A stretch of DNA of 64,000 nt. It comes from an uncultured delta proteobacterium. GTDB taxonomy: Bacteria > Myxococcota > UBA727 > VGSZ01. Made by a program: the position numbers and the translations under genes. Shown here piece by piece: positions 39,325 through 49,566 of this stretch (the first letter of the stretch is position 1; every line of letters starts with the position of its first letter). The notes beneath the pieces were generated by a model. The model worked only from the letters and a program-made list of their open reading frames with translations, had not been told where the DNA came from and searched no databases. The stretch lies in contig CAVZJB010000007.1 in the NCBI GenBank assembly GCA_963775425.1, forward strand, positions 128,001 through 192,000. Direction: 5' to 3'.

Positions 39325-40104
39325 CTAGCGGTCCTCGACGAGGGCGTTCACCACCTGCGCGAAGCCGTGGCCGCCGTTTCCGTCGACGACGAAGCGCGGG
39401 GCCTCGCCGCGCGCCGTGAGCGCGCTCAGGTGCGGGCGCACGTTGGCCACGCCCACCGAGAGCTTCACGCGCGCAAACAGGGAGCCGTCGTTCATGGAGT
39501 CGCCGACGTAGACGCTGTCGTCGAGCGAGGGGAACAGGCGCGCGACCATGGTGGCCTTGTCGTGGTGTCCCTTCCACGCGTTGATGTGCACGCTCGACTG
39601 CGCGGTCTCGAGCCCCTCCTCGGCGAGGACGCGCCGGATGCGCGCGGCGGCCTCCGGGGGCACGGGGGGACCGCTCTCGACGAGGTCGAAAGCCGAGTCG
39701 TAGACGCGGCCGGGGTTGTCGAGGGCGAGGCGCGCGGTCTTCACCTCGCGCAGGGCGCGCGCGCAGGCCTTGTGGCGCTCGCGGGCGCGGGCGAAGCGCT
39801 CCTCGGCGTCCTCGACCGTGTGCACCACCTCGAGGCGGGCGCCGTCCTTGCGCACGAGCGCACAGGCGCCGGTCTCGGCGACGGCGGCGTCGAGGGGAAA
39901 CAGCCGCAGGAGCATCTCGGCCCAGGAGTAGGAGCGCCCCGTGACGGCGACGAGCGAGAGGCCGCAGGCGCGTGCCTTGTAGAGCGCGGCGGCGGCCACC
40001 TCGGGGAGCTGGCCCCGCCAGGTGATGGTGTCGTCGACGTCGAACATGAGGCGCGTGACGCGCAAGCGCTCCTCGGGATCGGCGTCACTGAAGTCGGCGT
40101 GCAC
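39325..40104 (-). CDS. HAD-superfamily hydrolase (IIB-like)
   Basis: FDVDDTIT, VTGR, SSVHINAW, YVGDSMND, SVGVANV. Confidence 0.88.
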   Translation of the reverse strand: MHADFSDADPEERLRVTRLMFDVDDTITWRGQLPEVAAAALYKARACGLSLVAVTGRSYSWAEMLLRLFPLDAAVAETGACALVRKDGARLEVVHTVEDAEERFARARERHKACARALREVKTARLALDNPGRVYDSAFDLVESGPPVPPEAAARIRRVLAEEGLETAQSSVHINAWKGHHDKATMVARLFPSLDDSVYVGDSMNDGSLFARVKLSVGVANVRPHLSALTARGEAPRFVVDGNGGHGFAQVVNALVEDR

Positions 40105-40151
40105 GAAGGGGTTCTGTCGGGTACCGTATGCGGCTGCAACACGGAGCGGGC

Positions 40152-41156
40152 ATGCGTGCGTTTCTCTGCATCCTCGGGATCGGCGTCTTCGGTACTCTCG
40201 CGGCGGGCTGCGACCAACGGCTGACGCCGGAAAAGGTGCGCGATCTCCTCGACCACCCGAAGGGCAAGGTGTCCAAGGACACGATGGCCAAGGTGACGCG
40301 CGACCTCTTCCAGGCCGACCGCGCCACCTCCTTCGAGGGCCTCGCGGATCTGCTCAAGGCGAACCAGTCGTCGTCGAGCGGATCCAACGCGGTGCCGGGG
40401 CTGTCGGCGGGCGTGCTCGAGGACACCGCGGACGTCTTCTGCGTCGGCGGGCTCGTCACCGAGATCGCCACGTTCGACGGCTGCGAGGTCGGCGACGACT
40501 GCCACGCGGACCTCACGCTCGACTCGTGCCTGCTGCGCGTGGGCGACCCCGGCTCCGACGAGGACGCCCGCGGCAAGATCCACTTCAAGCTCGACAACAC
40601 CACCGGCAGCGACGCCGACACCAGCGACCTCGCGTTGCAGTTCGACGGCTGGCAGAGCTCCCACGACGACACCAAGCTCGACGCGCTCGACGGCCTCATC
40701 ACGCTGGAGACCGTGCAGAAGCACGACGACAGCCACACCGAGCTCGTGTTCGCCTCCGACGTCGACGCCAAGGTGGTGGACAAGACGCACGGCTTCTTCG
40801 AGGACGGCGTCGACGAGCACACGCACGTGGAGGCGGGGCTCCGCTTCGTCGCGGACAGCACCGACACCTCGGGCTCCGGCAGCCTCGAGATCCTCACCTT
40901 CGTCGACGACGACGGCGGCCACCAGGACAGCGTCTCCATCAAGCTCGCGGCGGAGGGCCACCAGGTGGACGCGCAGACGGCCACCGCCAGCGCCTCGCTC
41001 CAGGTGGTCGGGGCAAACGGCACCTTCGAGTGCACGTGGTCCGCCGCCGACGAAGAGGGCACGCCCGACGGGGAGAAGGTCTCGTCGCAGGGCCAGTGCA
41101 CCGACGAGGACGGCAACACCTTCGACTTCTCCGGCGAGGCTGTTTCGGGCGCCTGA
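40152..41156 (+). CDS. Acidic beta-rich lipoprotein
   Basis: GGAG RBS, lipobox LAAGC, Asp/Thr-rich beta strands. Confidence 0.7.
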   Translation: MRAFLCILGIGVFGTLAAGCDQRLTPEKVRDLLDHPKGKVSKDTMAKVTRDLFQADRATSFEGLADLLKANQSSSSGSNAVPGLSAGVLEDTADVFCVGGLVTEIATFDGCEVGDDCHADLTLDSCLLRVGDPGSDEDARGKIHFKLDNTTGSDADTSDLALQFDGWQSSHDDTKLDALDGLITLETVQKHDDSHTELVFASDVDAKVVDKTHGFFEDGVDEHTHVEAGLRFVADSTDTSGSGSLEILTFVDDDGGHQDSVSIKLAAEGHQVDAQTATASASLQVVGANGTFECTWSAADEEGTPDGEKVSSQGQCTDEDGNTFDFSGEAVSGA

Positions 41157-41295
41157 GAACCCGCCGCGGCGGCGCGTCCGCGGCTCCCGGCCGACGGGTC
41201 GGCCTCCTCCGTTTCACCTTTGCGCAGGGTCGGCGGCGGGCTATGCCCGGCGCCGGGCGATCCCCCCGGCGGGATCGGTGACGAGGGGAAAAGCC

Positions 41296-42132
41296 GTGAC
41301 ACTTCCGCGCCGCATCCAGCTCGTGAAGCTCCTGCGCGCCAACGGCATGCGCGACGTGGAGCGCATGCGTGAAGAGGAGCTGCGCGAGGCGCTCGGCCGC
41401 CTGCACCTCGTCGTGCCCGACCCGGCCAGCGTGCCCAAAGAGCACCCGTCGTCCGGCGCGTTCCTCGCGCGCCCCGCAGAGCTGCCGCCGGTCATCGACG
41501 ACAGCGACAATCCGTACGCGCTGCCGCGCTTCCGCGAGCCCAAGCTCTTCCTCCCCGACCACGAGCGCACCTTCCTGCGCGCCATCGCGGTCAAGCCGCG
41601 GCTGTTGTTCTGCACGTGGGACGTCGCGCGCCACGAGCGCGAATCTCTCGAGGGGCCCGTCGAGCTGCGCTTGTTCTGGCGCGACTTCCTCGGCGACCCG
41701 CCCGCCCTCGACGAGCTCTTGCGCCAGCAGCCGTCGGCGCGCATCTCCATCGACCTCGGCTCCTCCGGTTGGTACGTCACCGTCCCCGGCGAGCGGCTCG
41801 CGCTCGTGGCCGCGCTCGTCGTCGCCGGCACCGAGCGGCGCCTCGTGAACAGCAACGTCAGCATCACGCCGCCGGCGCGCCCGGCGCCGCCGGGGCCGCT
41901 GTGGCTGGCGACGCTGCCGCCGTCGCTCGACCGCCGCCGCCTGCGCGACCGCAAGCTCTTCGAGGGCGAAGAAGGACGCCTGCAGCGCGTGGGCGAGACC
42001 GACGCGCGCAACGTCGACGTCGAGACGGAGGAGCCGTTGCCGGCGTCGCAGAGCGCGGCGCGCTTGCCGTCGTCGGGGATGCCGTCGTCGTCGGCGTTCT
42101 TGTGGCACTGGCGCCCGCCGGAGAAGTCCTGA
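41296..42132 (+). CDS. DUF4912-like protein
   Basis: FLRAIAVKPRLLFCTWDV...GWYVTVP...SNVSITP, Ser-rich tail, coupled to a GH57 gene (a known pairing). Confidence 0.7.
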   Translation: MTLPRRIQLVKLLRANGMRDVERMREEELREALGRLHLVVPDPASVPKEHPSSGAFLARPAELPPVIDDSDNPYALPRFREPKLFLPDHERTFLRAIAVKPRLLFCTWDVARHERESLEGPVELRLFWRDFLGDPPALDELLRQQPSARISIDLGSSGWYVTVPGERLALVAALVVAGTERRLVNSNVSITPPARPAPPGPLWLATLPPSLDRRRLRDRKLFEGEEGRLQRVGETDARNVDVETEEPLPASQSAARLPSSGMPSSSAFLWHWRPPEKS

Positions 42133-43727
42133 TGAGCTACCTGGTCATCGCGCTGCACGGCCACCTGCCGTACATCAACCACCCGGAGCACGAGCACTTC
42201 CTCGAGGAGGACTGGTTCTTCGAGGGCGTCGCCGACTGCTACCTGCCCATCCTCGGCATGCTCGACGGGTGGAAGAGCGACTCGGTGCAGGCGTCCATCA
42301 CCATGGGCCTGTCGCCGCCGCTGTTGTCCATGATGACCGACGGGCGGCTGCGCGATCGCATGGCGCGCTACCTCGACGCCCGGCGCGTCCTCGTCGAGCG
42401 CTACCTGCAGACGCTGCCGCACGACAGCCCCTTCCGCACCGCCGCCGAGTTCTCGCGCGAGGAGACGGGGCGCGCGCAGGCCCGCTTCGACGGCTGCGGC
42501 CGCGACGTCGCGCGCGCCTTCGCCGAGCACCACCACGCGGGCCGCGTGGAGATCATGACGTGCAACGTCACGCACGGCCTGGTCCCGGTGCTGCAGGACC
42601 GTGAGGCCGTGCGCGCGCAGGTGCGCGAGGCCGTGCGCGCCCACGAGCGCATGCTCGGCTTCCGCCCGCGCGGCATCTGGATGCCCGAGTGCGGCATCCA
42701 CCCCGAGGGCCTCGCCGCCTGCGCCGACGAAAACCTCTGCTTCACCTTCACCGAAGATCGCGCCGCCCGCTTCGCCTGGCCGCCGCCGCAGCACGACGTG
42801 TATCGCCCGCTGTGGAGCCCCGAGGGCGTCGGCCTGTTCCCGCGCGATCCGGGGAGCGCCAAGGAGGTGTGGAGCGCCGCCGAGGGGTACCCCGGCGACT
42901 TCCGCTACCGCGAGTTCTACCGGGACCTCGGCTACGACGCCCCCGACGCCATGCTCGACGACGTGCACAAGCAGGGCACGGGCGCGCGCAAGAACATGGG
43001 CGTGAAGCTCCACAAGATCACCGGCCGCGTGAACCTCGACGAGAAGCAGCCCTACTGGCCCGCGGACGCCTTCGCCGCCGTGCAGCAGCACGCCCAACAT
43101 TTCGCTGAGCGCCGCGCGCAGGACGCCGCGGACATCGAGCGCGCGCTCGGCACGGAGCCGTGCATCACGGCGGCGTTCGACTGCGAGCTGTTCGGGCACT
43201 GGTGGCACGAGGGCCCGTGGTTCCTCGATCAGTTCCTGCGCAAGCTGGCGTCGGGCACGGTGAGCGGCATGGCCGCGCCGCGACCGGTGACGGCCTACCA
43301 CTACCTCGAGCTCGAGCCCACACAGCAGGTGAGCTTCCCCGCGGTGTCGTCGTGGGGCGACGGCGGCGCGTTCGAGGTCTGGGTCAACGAGCGCAACGAC
43401 TGGGTGTGGCGCCGCGTGCACGACGCGCAGAAGCGCTTCACCGACGTCGTCTCGCGCGTGGGCACCTCGGACCCGGGCCCCCGCGGCCGCGCGGTGCGCC
43501 AGGCCTACCGCGAGCTGTTGCTCGCGCAGTCGAGCGACTGGCCCTTCATCCTCACCATGGGCACGCAGATGGGCTACGCGCAGAAGCGCCCCGTGGTGCA
43601 TCTGTCGCGCTGCCATCGTTTGTTGACGGGGCTCGAGAGGGACAGCGTCGACGAGGCCGACCTCGCGCAGATGGAAGAGCGCGACGCCGTCTTCCCCGAC
43701 TGCGACCCGGGGAGCCTGCTGAGCTGA
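42132..43727 (+). CDS. GH57 1,4-alpha-glucan branching enzyme (DUF1957)
   Basis: LHGHLPY, GIWMPEC, YREFYRD, FDCELFGHWWHEG, ELLLAQSSDWPF. Confidence 0.93.
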   Translation: MSYLVIALHGHLPYINHPEHEHFLEEDWFFEGVADCYLPILGMLDGWKSDSVQASITMGLSPPLLSMMTDGRLRDRMARYLDARRVLVERYLQTLPHDSPFRTAAEFSREETGRAQARFDGCGRDVARAFAEHHHAGRVEIMTCNVTHGLVPVLQDREAVRAQVREAVRAHERMLGFRPRGIWMPECGIHPEGLAACADENLCFTFTEDRAARFAWPPPQHDVYRPLWSPEGVGLFPRDPGSAKEVWSAAEGYPGDFRYREFYRDLGYDAPDAMLDDVHKQGTGARKNMGVKLHKITGRVNLDEKQPYWPADAFAAVQQHAQHFAERRAQDAADIERALGTEPCITAAFDCELFGHWWHEGPWFLDQFLRKLASGTVSGMAAPRPVTAYHYLELEPTQQVSFPAVSSWGDGGAFEVWVNERNDWVWRRVHDAQKRFTDVVSRVGTSDPGPRGRAVRQAYRELLLAQSSDWPFILTMGTQMGYAQKRPVVHLSRCHRLLTGLERDSVDEADLAQMEERDAVFPDCDPGSLLS

Positions 43728-43779
43728 GCGGCGTGACGACATTCACGCTGACGACGACGTCTTGCCCCGCCGCGAATCA

Positions 43780-44067
43780 TCACGACGCGACGCGGAACAA
43801 GAACGCGCGCCGCGCCCCACAGGACCTGCAGCGCGTGAGGACGCGCCACAGTTCGCCCTTGGGCCCCTCGCCCTCGACGACGCGGGCGCCGCCGCACGAG
43901 CAGCGCGCCTCGGCGACGGCGTCGTCGACGGCGGCGTGGGACACCACCAACCGCGGCTCCTTGTCCTCGCTCCACGTCGCCTTGCGCAGCGCGCGGTTGC
44001 GGGCGATGCGCTTGTAACCGAGGGCTGCGGCGGCGATGAAGATGGCGAGGGTGAACAACAGACCCAC
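43780..44067 (-). CDS. Small membrane-anchored Zn-ribbon-like protein
   Basis: N-terminal TM helix, CSCGG...CRSC. Confidence 0.6.
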   Translation of the reverse strand: MGLLFTLAIFIAAAALGYKRIARNRALRKATWSEDKEPRLVVSHAAVDDAVAEARCSCGGARVVEGEGPKGELWRVLTRCRSCGARRAFLFRVAS

Positions 44068-44076
44068 GCCGCGACC

Positions 44077-44748
44077 TCAGAGCTCCGGCGCGGGCGGGCG
44101 CAGGCGGGCCTTCAGCATCTCGACGGCGATGGGCATCACGCTGATCATCACGATGATGATGACGACAATCTCGAAGTTCTTCTTCACCCACGGGAGCTGC
44201 CCGAAGAAGAAGCCCGAGAGCGCGCAGATGCTCGTCCACAACAGGCCGCCGGCGGCCGAGTACGCGAGGAAGCGCGCGTACTTCATCTTGCCGATGCCCG
44301 CGACGAAGGGCGCGAAGGTGCGCACGATGGGTACGAAGCGCGCGAGGATGACGGTCTTCGGCCCGTGCTTCTCGTAGAAGCGCTGGGTCTTCATGAGGTG
44401 CTCCTGCTTCACGAAGCGCAGCTTGGTGAAGCCCGGCCCGATGAAGTAGCCCACGCGATAGTTCACCTGGTCACCGGTGAACGCCGCCAACGCCATCAGC
44501 GGCACCACGACGACAATGCTCATCCCCGCGCCGCTCGGCGCGTCGCCGGTCGACGCAGCCGCGCACAGCGCGCCCGCGGCGAACAACAGCGAGTCGCCGG
44601 GGAGGAACGGCGTGACGACGAGGCCGGTCTCGCAAAAGATCACCAGGAACAGGATGCCGTAGATATAGGTGCCGTACTCGGCGGCGAGCCGCGCGAGGTG
44701 GACGTCGACGTGGAGGAACACGTCGATCGCCTGGTGAACCATGTCCAT
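44077..44748 (-). CDS. DedA family membrane protein
   Basis: FCETGLVVTPFLPGDSLLFAAG, GDQVNY, LARFVPIVRTFAPFVAG. Confidence 0.95.
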   Translation of the reverse strand: MDMVHQAIDVFLHVDVHLARLAAEYGTYIYGILFLVIFCETGLVVTPFLPGDSLLFAAGALCAAASTGDAPSGAGMSIVVVVPLMALAAFTGDQVNYRVGYFIGPGFTKLRFVKQEHLMKTQRFYEKHGPKTVILARFVPIVRTFAPFVAGIGKMKYARFLAYSAAGGLLWTSICALSGFFFGQLPWVKKNFEIVVIIIVMISVMPIAVEMLKARLRPPAPEL

Positions 44749-45046
44749 GCCGGCACGGTACCGGCCCCCCGGCGGCCGGGCAAGGCGCCCTCGGCGCCGC
44801 GCGATGAGCCGCGTCGACGACGACGACGGCGGCGACGCCGAAGACCTCGAGGGCGTCGCTCGAGCGGAACATACGGGACCCGCGGTGACCTGCGGTGAAG
44901 GCGTGAGCGACGCCCCTGCCGATGAGCGGCCGGAAGTCCGCGCCTGCGGACCGCGACGAAGATCACAGACGACCGCATTTCTTGGCTTCTGTCGCAGCCG
45001 GAAACGTGCAAATAGGCGGCGCGCTCACAGCAGCAGCGGAGGCCCG

Positions 45047-45838
45047 GTGCGTCACCATCCTCTCGTCCTTCTCGCGCTCGTCGGCGCGGCGCCGCTCCTG
45101 GCGCAGGAGCCGCCGCCCCCACCGCCGCCCATGGGCGAGGTGCCCGTCGGGCCGCCGGCGGGCGCCAACAAGCCCGAGGAGCCTTTCGAGGAGCTGCCCA
45201 TCCTCACGTGGCAGGAGGAATTCGAGCTGAATTCCACGGTGCGGCAGGTGATCTTCAACGCGTACCTGCCGATGCTCGCGCGCCCCACCTTCTATCGGGG
45301 CGTCCACGACGACTCCATCCCGAACCAGGTCAAGGACTGGGACTACCAGCGCGACGGCGTCAAGAAGCAGCTCCTCGCGCGCCAGGACGTCGTCGATCGC
45401 CAGCGCCGCGCGCACGCGGCCATGCCGTCGCCCGAAGTCGACGCGATGATCTCGCCGCTCAAGAAGAAGGACTTCCGCCCCGAGCAGCTCGAGACCCTGC
45501 TCACCTCCAGCCCGCGCTTCGAGGACCTCGCCGTCACCGTCACCCGCGTGCAGCCGCTCGGCGGAGAGACGTACCGCGTGGACTTCTCGGTGAAGACCAA
45601 GGCCAACGGCACCGTGGAGGAGACCAAGTTCGACTCCATCGACATCGTGCACAAGGGCGGCATCTGGCTGTTGCCGATGAAGATCCTCCTCGACGTCGCT
45701 CCGCAGGCGCGCGCGCAGGCGGCGGTGGCGGCGGGCCAGCCGCTGCCGCCTGGACAGTTCGTCAACAACTTCATCGCCGTCGCCGAGAAGACCCTCAAGG
45801 ACGTCGTGCCCTTCGACATCCCCTTCCTTCCCAAGTAG
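45047..45838 (+). CDS. Secreted hypothetical protein
   Basis: GGAGG RBS, signal LVLLALVGAAPLLA, strong codon bias. Confidence 0.7.
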   Translation: MRHHPLVLLALVGAAPLLAQEPPPPPPPMGEVPVGPPAGANKPEEPFEELPILTWQEEFELNSTVRQVIFNAYLPMLARPTFYRGVHDDSIPNQVKDWDYQRDGVKKQLLARQDVVDRQRRAHAAMPSPEVDAMISPLKKKDFRPEQLETLLTSSPRFEDLAVTVTRVQPLGGETYRVDFSVKTKANGTVEETKFDSIDIVHKGGIWLLPMKILLDVAPQARAQAAVAAGQPLPPGQFVNNFIAVAEKTLKDVVPFDIPFLPK

Positions 45839-45858
45839 GGCGGGGGCTCGTCCCCCGC
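45835..45858 (+). repeat. GTAG-type REP element
   Basis: GTAGGGCGGGGGCTCGTCCCCCGC. Its TAG is the stop of the upstream gene. One mismatch to the reverse complement of 62038-62061. Confidence 0.75.
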
Positions 45859-45920
45859 TTCGCGCGTCGCCCTTCCTTCGCCCTTCAGACCGTCATCACC
45901 GCTTTCACCGAGGACCCGCC

Positions 45921-46628
45921 ATGCTTCGCCGTATCGCGCTTCTGTCCGTGCTCGCCACCATCATGATGTCGACCACCGGCTGCTTGACGAGCCTCTTGTC
46001 GGCGCTGCCCATCCCCATCCCGGGCTTCGGCGGTGAGCCGTCGCCCTCGGGCGAGGAGATCCAGCTCCTCTACGCCAAGGGCATCCGCTCGATGATGCCG
46101 GACCCCATCAAGGACCTGAAGATCGCGCCCACCGAGCGCGTGTGGGTCGTCAACGAAAACGGTGGCACCAACAGCGACAGCCCCGTCGACGCCCTCACCT
46201 ACGACGCCATCATCGACGTCCTGCGCGGCAAGGGCGTCTCCGAGGTGGTCGCGCGCGACGACGACATGATGCGCTCGCTCTACGTCGAGTACACGGAGAG
46301 CGCCAAGCTCCAGTCCCGCGCGGACTCGCTGTCGCGTGACGGCCGCATCCAGCCCGCCGACGTCATCCTCGCCTATCGCCTGATGCGCCTGAACACCAAG
46401 CAGCCGGGCTTCATCATCCTCGGCCTGCGCTTCCTCGTGGGCGGCCTCATCGGCCTCGTCGCCGACGCGCAGCCGAACCTCAGCGACGGCGTGCGCCTCG
46501 TGCTCCACCTCGAGGCCATCGACGTGAAGACCGGCACCACGCGCGCCACGCGCATCGCGGAGCACGTCGAGCGCCAGCCGGATTGGTTCGCCGCCGACTA
46601 CGTGTTCGGCGACTTCAACGGCCGCTGA
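45921..46628 (+). CDS. Lipoprotein with CsgG/FlgO-like fold
   Basis: Lipobox-like TTGC. VVARDD...ADVILAYR...LHLEAIDVKTG. Confidence 0.6.
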   Translation: MLRRIALLSVLATIMMSTTGCLTSLLSALPIPIPGFGGEPSPSGEEIQLLYAKGIRSMMPDPIKDLKIAPTERVWVVNENGGTNSDSPVDALTYDAIIDVLRGKGVSEVVARDDDMMRSLYVEYTESAKLQSRADSLSRDGRIQPADVILAYRLMRLNTKQPGFIILGLRFLVGGLIGLVADAQPNLSDGVRLVLHLEAIDVKTGTTRATRIAEHVERQPDWFAADYVFGDFNGR

Positions 46629-46676
46629 CGCCGGGGCTTGTCCCCCGTCATGGACCCCGATGATAGGGTCCGGGCC

Positions 46677-48185
46677 ATGGCGACGACGCGCCCCCGCATC
46701 GGCGAGCTGCTCCTGGCCCGCGGCGTGTGCACGCGTGAACAGTTGCGCGAGGCGTGGGAGCAGAAGGTCCTGTACGGCGATCGCCTGGGGACCAACCTGC
46801 TCGCGCTCGGGTACGTGCAGGAGCAGGACCTGGCGGAGGCGCTCGGCCAGCAACTCGGGGCCCACAGCGGCCACGGCGGCGTGATCGCTCCCGACAAAAA
46901 CGCCCTCAAGCTGGTGCCCAAGAACCTGGCGGTGAAGCGCATGGTCGTCCCGCACCACGTCGCGGACCGCCAGCTCTTCTTGATGATGCGCGATCCGCTG
47001 GACGCCATCGCCGTCGACGAGGTCGCGTTCGCGTCGAGCATGAAGGTCACGCCCGTCGTGGTCTGCGAGGCGCGCATGTGGCAGCTCCTCGAGGTGCACT
47101 ACGCCGCCGTCACGAGCCTGAGGCCCGTGCCGCTCGACGGCGTGGTGCGCGTGCACCGATCCGCCCTGGAGGACGCCACCTCGAGCGTCGCGCTCGGGCC
47201 GGAGCTCACGAGCGAGGACGACTTTCAGCGGCTCTATGCGCGCGCCCACGGCAACCCCGCCGAGGAGCCCGACGCGGAGCCGGCCGCGGCGCCGCCACCG
47301 GTGCACGCGCCCATCGGCTCCGACGACGAAGACGAAGACGAAGACGACCTCCTCGACAGGACCAGCCCCGCGCGCCCCGCGGCGCTCCTCGCCGAGCGGG
47401 ACCCCGGCGGCGAGCAGGGCGTGCTCGCGCCGCCGCGCGCGAATTTCGAGGAGAACGATTGGCGCGACACCATCGAGCACACGCAGCCGATGATGGCGCG
47501 GCCGCGCTTTCTGCCCTCCGAGCAGGGCGACGAGCCGGAGCAGATCATCGATCTCGTCGAGGTCACCGACTCCTTCTCGCCGGAGATGCTGGAGGCGGCG
47601 CGCGGTGCGCCGGCGGAGGCGACCACGCTGGAGCCGCCGCTGGTGCGGCAGCAGACGCAGGACTTCCACGTCGAGCCCGTCGAGCCCGTCGAGCCCGTCG
47701 ACGACAGCCCGCTGTCCTTCGCCGACGCCACCCGGCTCCTGCACACGGCGAGCGACCGCACCGCCATCGCCCGCATCGTCTTGCGGGCGGCGCGCACGCG
47801 CTTTTCGAGGGCGTGTCTGCTGGCGGTGTACCCGGACCGGCTCGTCGGCTGGGTGGGCCTCGGCGAGGGCATGGAGAGCGAGAGGCTCCGCGACGTCGTG
47901 ATGCGGCGCGATGACAGGAGCGTGTTCTCGCGGGTCGCCGAGAGCCGCTCCCACCACCTGGGGCCGCTGGCGCGCCTGCCCGAGCACGGCGCGTGGGTGA
48001 AGGCCACCGGCCGTCAGATCCCGAAGTCGCTCGCGGTGTTTCCGATCCTGGTGCGCGGCCGCCCCGTCAACCTGCTCGTGGTCGACAACGGGCACGATCA
48101 GAACGTCGACAGCGATGTGGGAGAAGTCCTTATCCTCGCCCAGCAGATCGCCAAGACCTACGAGACCTTGCTCACATCCGCGTAA
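46677..48185 (+). CDS. MshEN/T2SSE-N domain protein (putative c-di-GMP receptor) with C-terminal GAF-like domain
   Basis: RIGELLLARG...RLGTNLLALGYV...LAEALGQQ tandem MshEN motif, MRDPLD, acidic linker. Confidence 0.8.
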   Translation: MATTRPRIGELLLARGVCTREQLREAWEQKVLYGDRLGTNLLALGYVQEQDLAEALGQQLGAHSGHGGVIAPDKNALKLVPKNLAVKRMVVPHHVADRQLFLMMRDPLDAIAVDEVAFASSMKVTPVVVCEARMWQLLEVHYAAVTSLRPVPLDGVVRVHRSALEDATSSVALGPELTSEDDFQRLYARAHGNPAEEPDAEPAAAPPPVHAPIGSDDEDEDEDDLLDRTSPARPAALLAERDPGGEQGVLAPPRANFEENDWRDTIEHTQPMMARPRFLPSEQGDEPEQIIDLVEVTDSFSPEMLEAARGAPAEATTLEPPLVRQQTQDFHVEPVEPVEPVDDSPLSFADATRLLHTASDRTAIARIVLRAARTRFSRACLLAVYPDRLVGWVGLGEGMESERLRDVVMRRDDRSVFSRVAESRSHHLGPLARLPEHGAWVKATGRQIPKSLAVFPILVRGRPVNLLVVDNGHDQNVDSDVGEVLILAQQIAKTYETLLTSA

Positions 48186-48217
48186 CCGTCCCCGCCGCTG
48201 CCTCGTATGGTCCGCAT

Positions 48218-48709
48218 ATGAACCGTCGCGCCTTCGTCTCTACACTGGTCCTGGTCCCGCTGGCCGCCTGCGCGACGCGCGCAGGTGAGCCGCTCAAAGC
48301 GCCGCCGCGGAGGTTCAAGGTGCAGCACACCGACGCCGAGTGGAAGAAGCTCCTGAACGCGGAGCAGTACGACGTGCTCCGCCACAAGGGCACCGAGCGC
48401 GCCTTCAGCGGCGCCTATTGGAACGAGCACAGAAAGGGCGTCTACAAGTGCGCCGGCTGCGCCACGCTCCTGTTCTCGTCCGACACCAAGTTCGAGTCCG
48501 GCACGGGCTGGCCGAGCTTCTGGGCGCCCGCCGACAACAAGAACGTCCTCGAGATCGAGGACCGGAGCTTCGGCATGGCGCGCACCGAGGTCGAGTGCGC
48601 CACCTGCGGCGGCCACCTCGGCCACGTCTTCGACGACGGCCCGCCGCCCACGCACCTGCGCTACTGCATGAACTCCGCCGCTCTGAGCTTCGAGCCCGCC
48701 AAGACCTGA
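48218..48709 (+). CDS. msrB: Peptide-methionine (R)-S-oxide reductase, Tat/lipoprotein signal
   Basis: GTERAF, CAGC, KFESGTGWPSF, GHLGHVFDDGP, RYCMNS. NRRAF...LAAC signal. Confidence 0.96.
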   Translation: MNRRAFVSTLVLVPLAACATRAGEPLKAPPRRFKVQHTDAEWKKLLNAEQYDVLRHKGTERAFSGAYWNEHRKGVYKCAGCATLLFSSDTKFESGTGWPSFWAPADNKNVLEIEDRSFGMARTEVECATCGGHLGHVFDDGPPPTHLRYCMNSAALSFEPAKT

Positions 48710-48800
48710 GCGGCCGGCTCGACGTCACCGCGCCTCGCGCGCCTCGCGGGGGGCGCCTTCCCCCCGGCGCGTCGGGATCATTGTTGCTAGCATCGGGGTC

Positions 48801-49565
48801 GTGAAGCGCCGCGATCTCCTCGCCGTCGCGCCCGGCCTCGTCGCCGCGGGCCTCTTTGCGGGGCGCGCGCGCGCCATCGGGCCGCGCAGCGAGGTGAGCG
48901 CCGGCCGCGTCAGGCACGGCGGCACGTGGGACACGCGTCCGGAGGCGCTGCGGCGCATGCTGTGGGAGGCGGGCAAGCGCACCTCGATCAACGTCGCGCG
49001 CGACGCCGTCGTCGTCAGCCTCGAGCCCGACGGCAGCCCGGCGGCGCGAGAGCTGTTCTGGCAGCCGCTGTTGTTCCTGACCGGCGAGGGCGAGATGCCC
49101 GCGTTCAGCGGGCGCGCCCGCGGCCGCCTCGAGCGGCACCTGCGCTTCGGCGGCACGCTCGTCGTCGACACGCCGAGCGCGTCGGATCCGTTCTACGAGA
49201 GCGCCAAGCGCGAGATCGCCGCGTCCCTGCCGCACAGCACCATCCGGCCGCTCGGCGAGGACCACGTCATCTACAAGAGCTTCTACCTGCTCGACGAGGC
49301 GGTCGGCCGCACCAAGGACGACAAGCACCTCTACGGCATCGACATCGCGGGCCGCGCCGCCGTCATCTTCTCCACCAACGACCTCCTCGGCGCCCTCGAG
49401 CGCGACCGCTTCGGCACGTGGCGCTTCGACTGTGAGCCCGACGGCGACTCGCAGCGCGAGATGGCCTTCCGCCTCGCCACGAACATCCTCATGTACGCCA
49501 CGTGCATCGACTACAAGGCCGACCAGGTGCACATCCCGTTCATCATGAAGAAGAAGCGCCACTGA
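48801..49565 (+). CDS. DUF4159 domain protein
   Basis: Tat-like KRRDLL, LFLTG...GGTLVVD, DHVIYKSFY, AFRLATNILMYA...DYKADQVH. Confidence 0.85.
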   Translation: MKRRDLLAVAPGLVAAGLFAGRARAIGPRSEVSAGRVRHGGTWDTRPEALRRMLWEAGKRTSINVARDAVVVSLEPDGSPAARELFWQPLLFLTGEGEMPAFSGRARGRLERHLRFGGTLVVDTPSASDPFYESAKREIAASLPHSTIRPLGEDHVIYKSFYLLDEAVGRTKDDKHLYGIDIAGRAAVIFSTNDLLGALERDRFGTWRFDCEPDGDSQREMAFRLATNILMYATCIDYKADQVHIPFIMKKKRH

Positions 49566-49566
49566 C

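Noticed and set aside
41157-41295. GC-rich hairpins upstream of the DUF4912/GH57 operon as a possible riboswitch
   Set aside because: No recognisable aptamer consensus, and short stems are expected by chance at this GC content.
44750-45046. Open frame upstream of the 45047 gene (365-aa ORF from 44741)
   Set aside because: Poor codon bias, and a good RBS plus signal peptide at 45047 indicate this is mostly a divergent promoter region.
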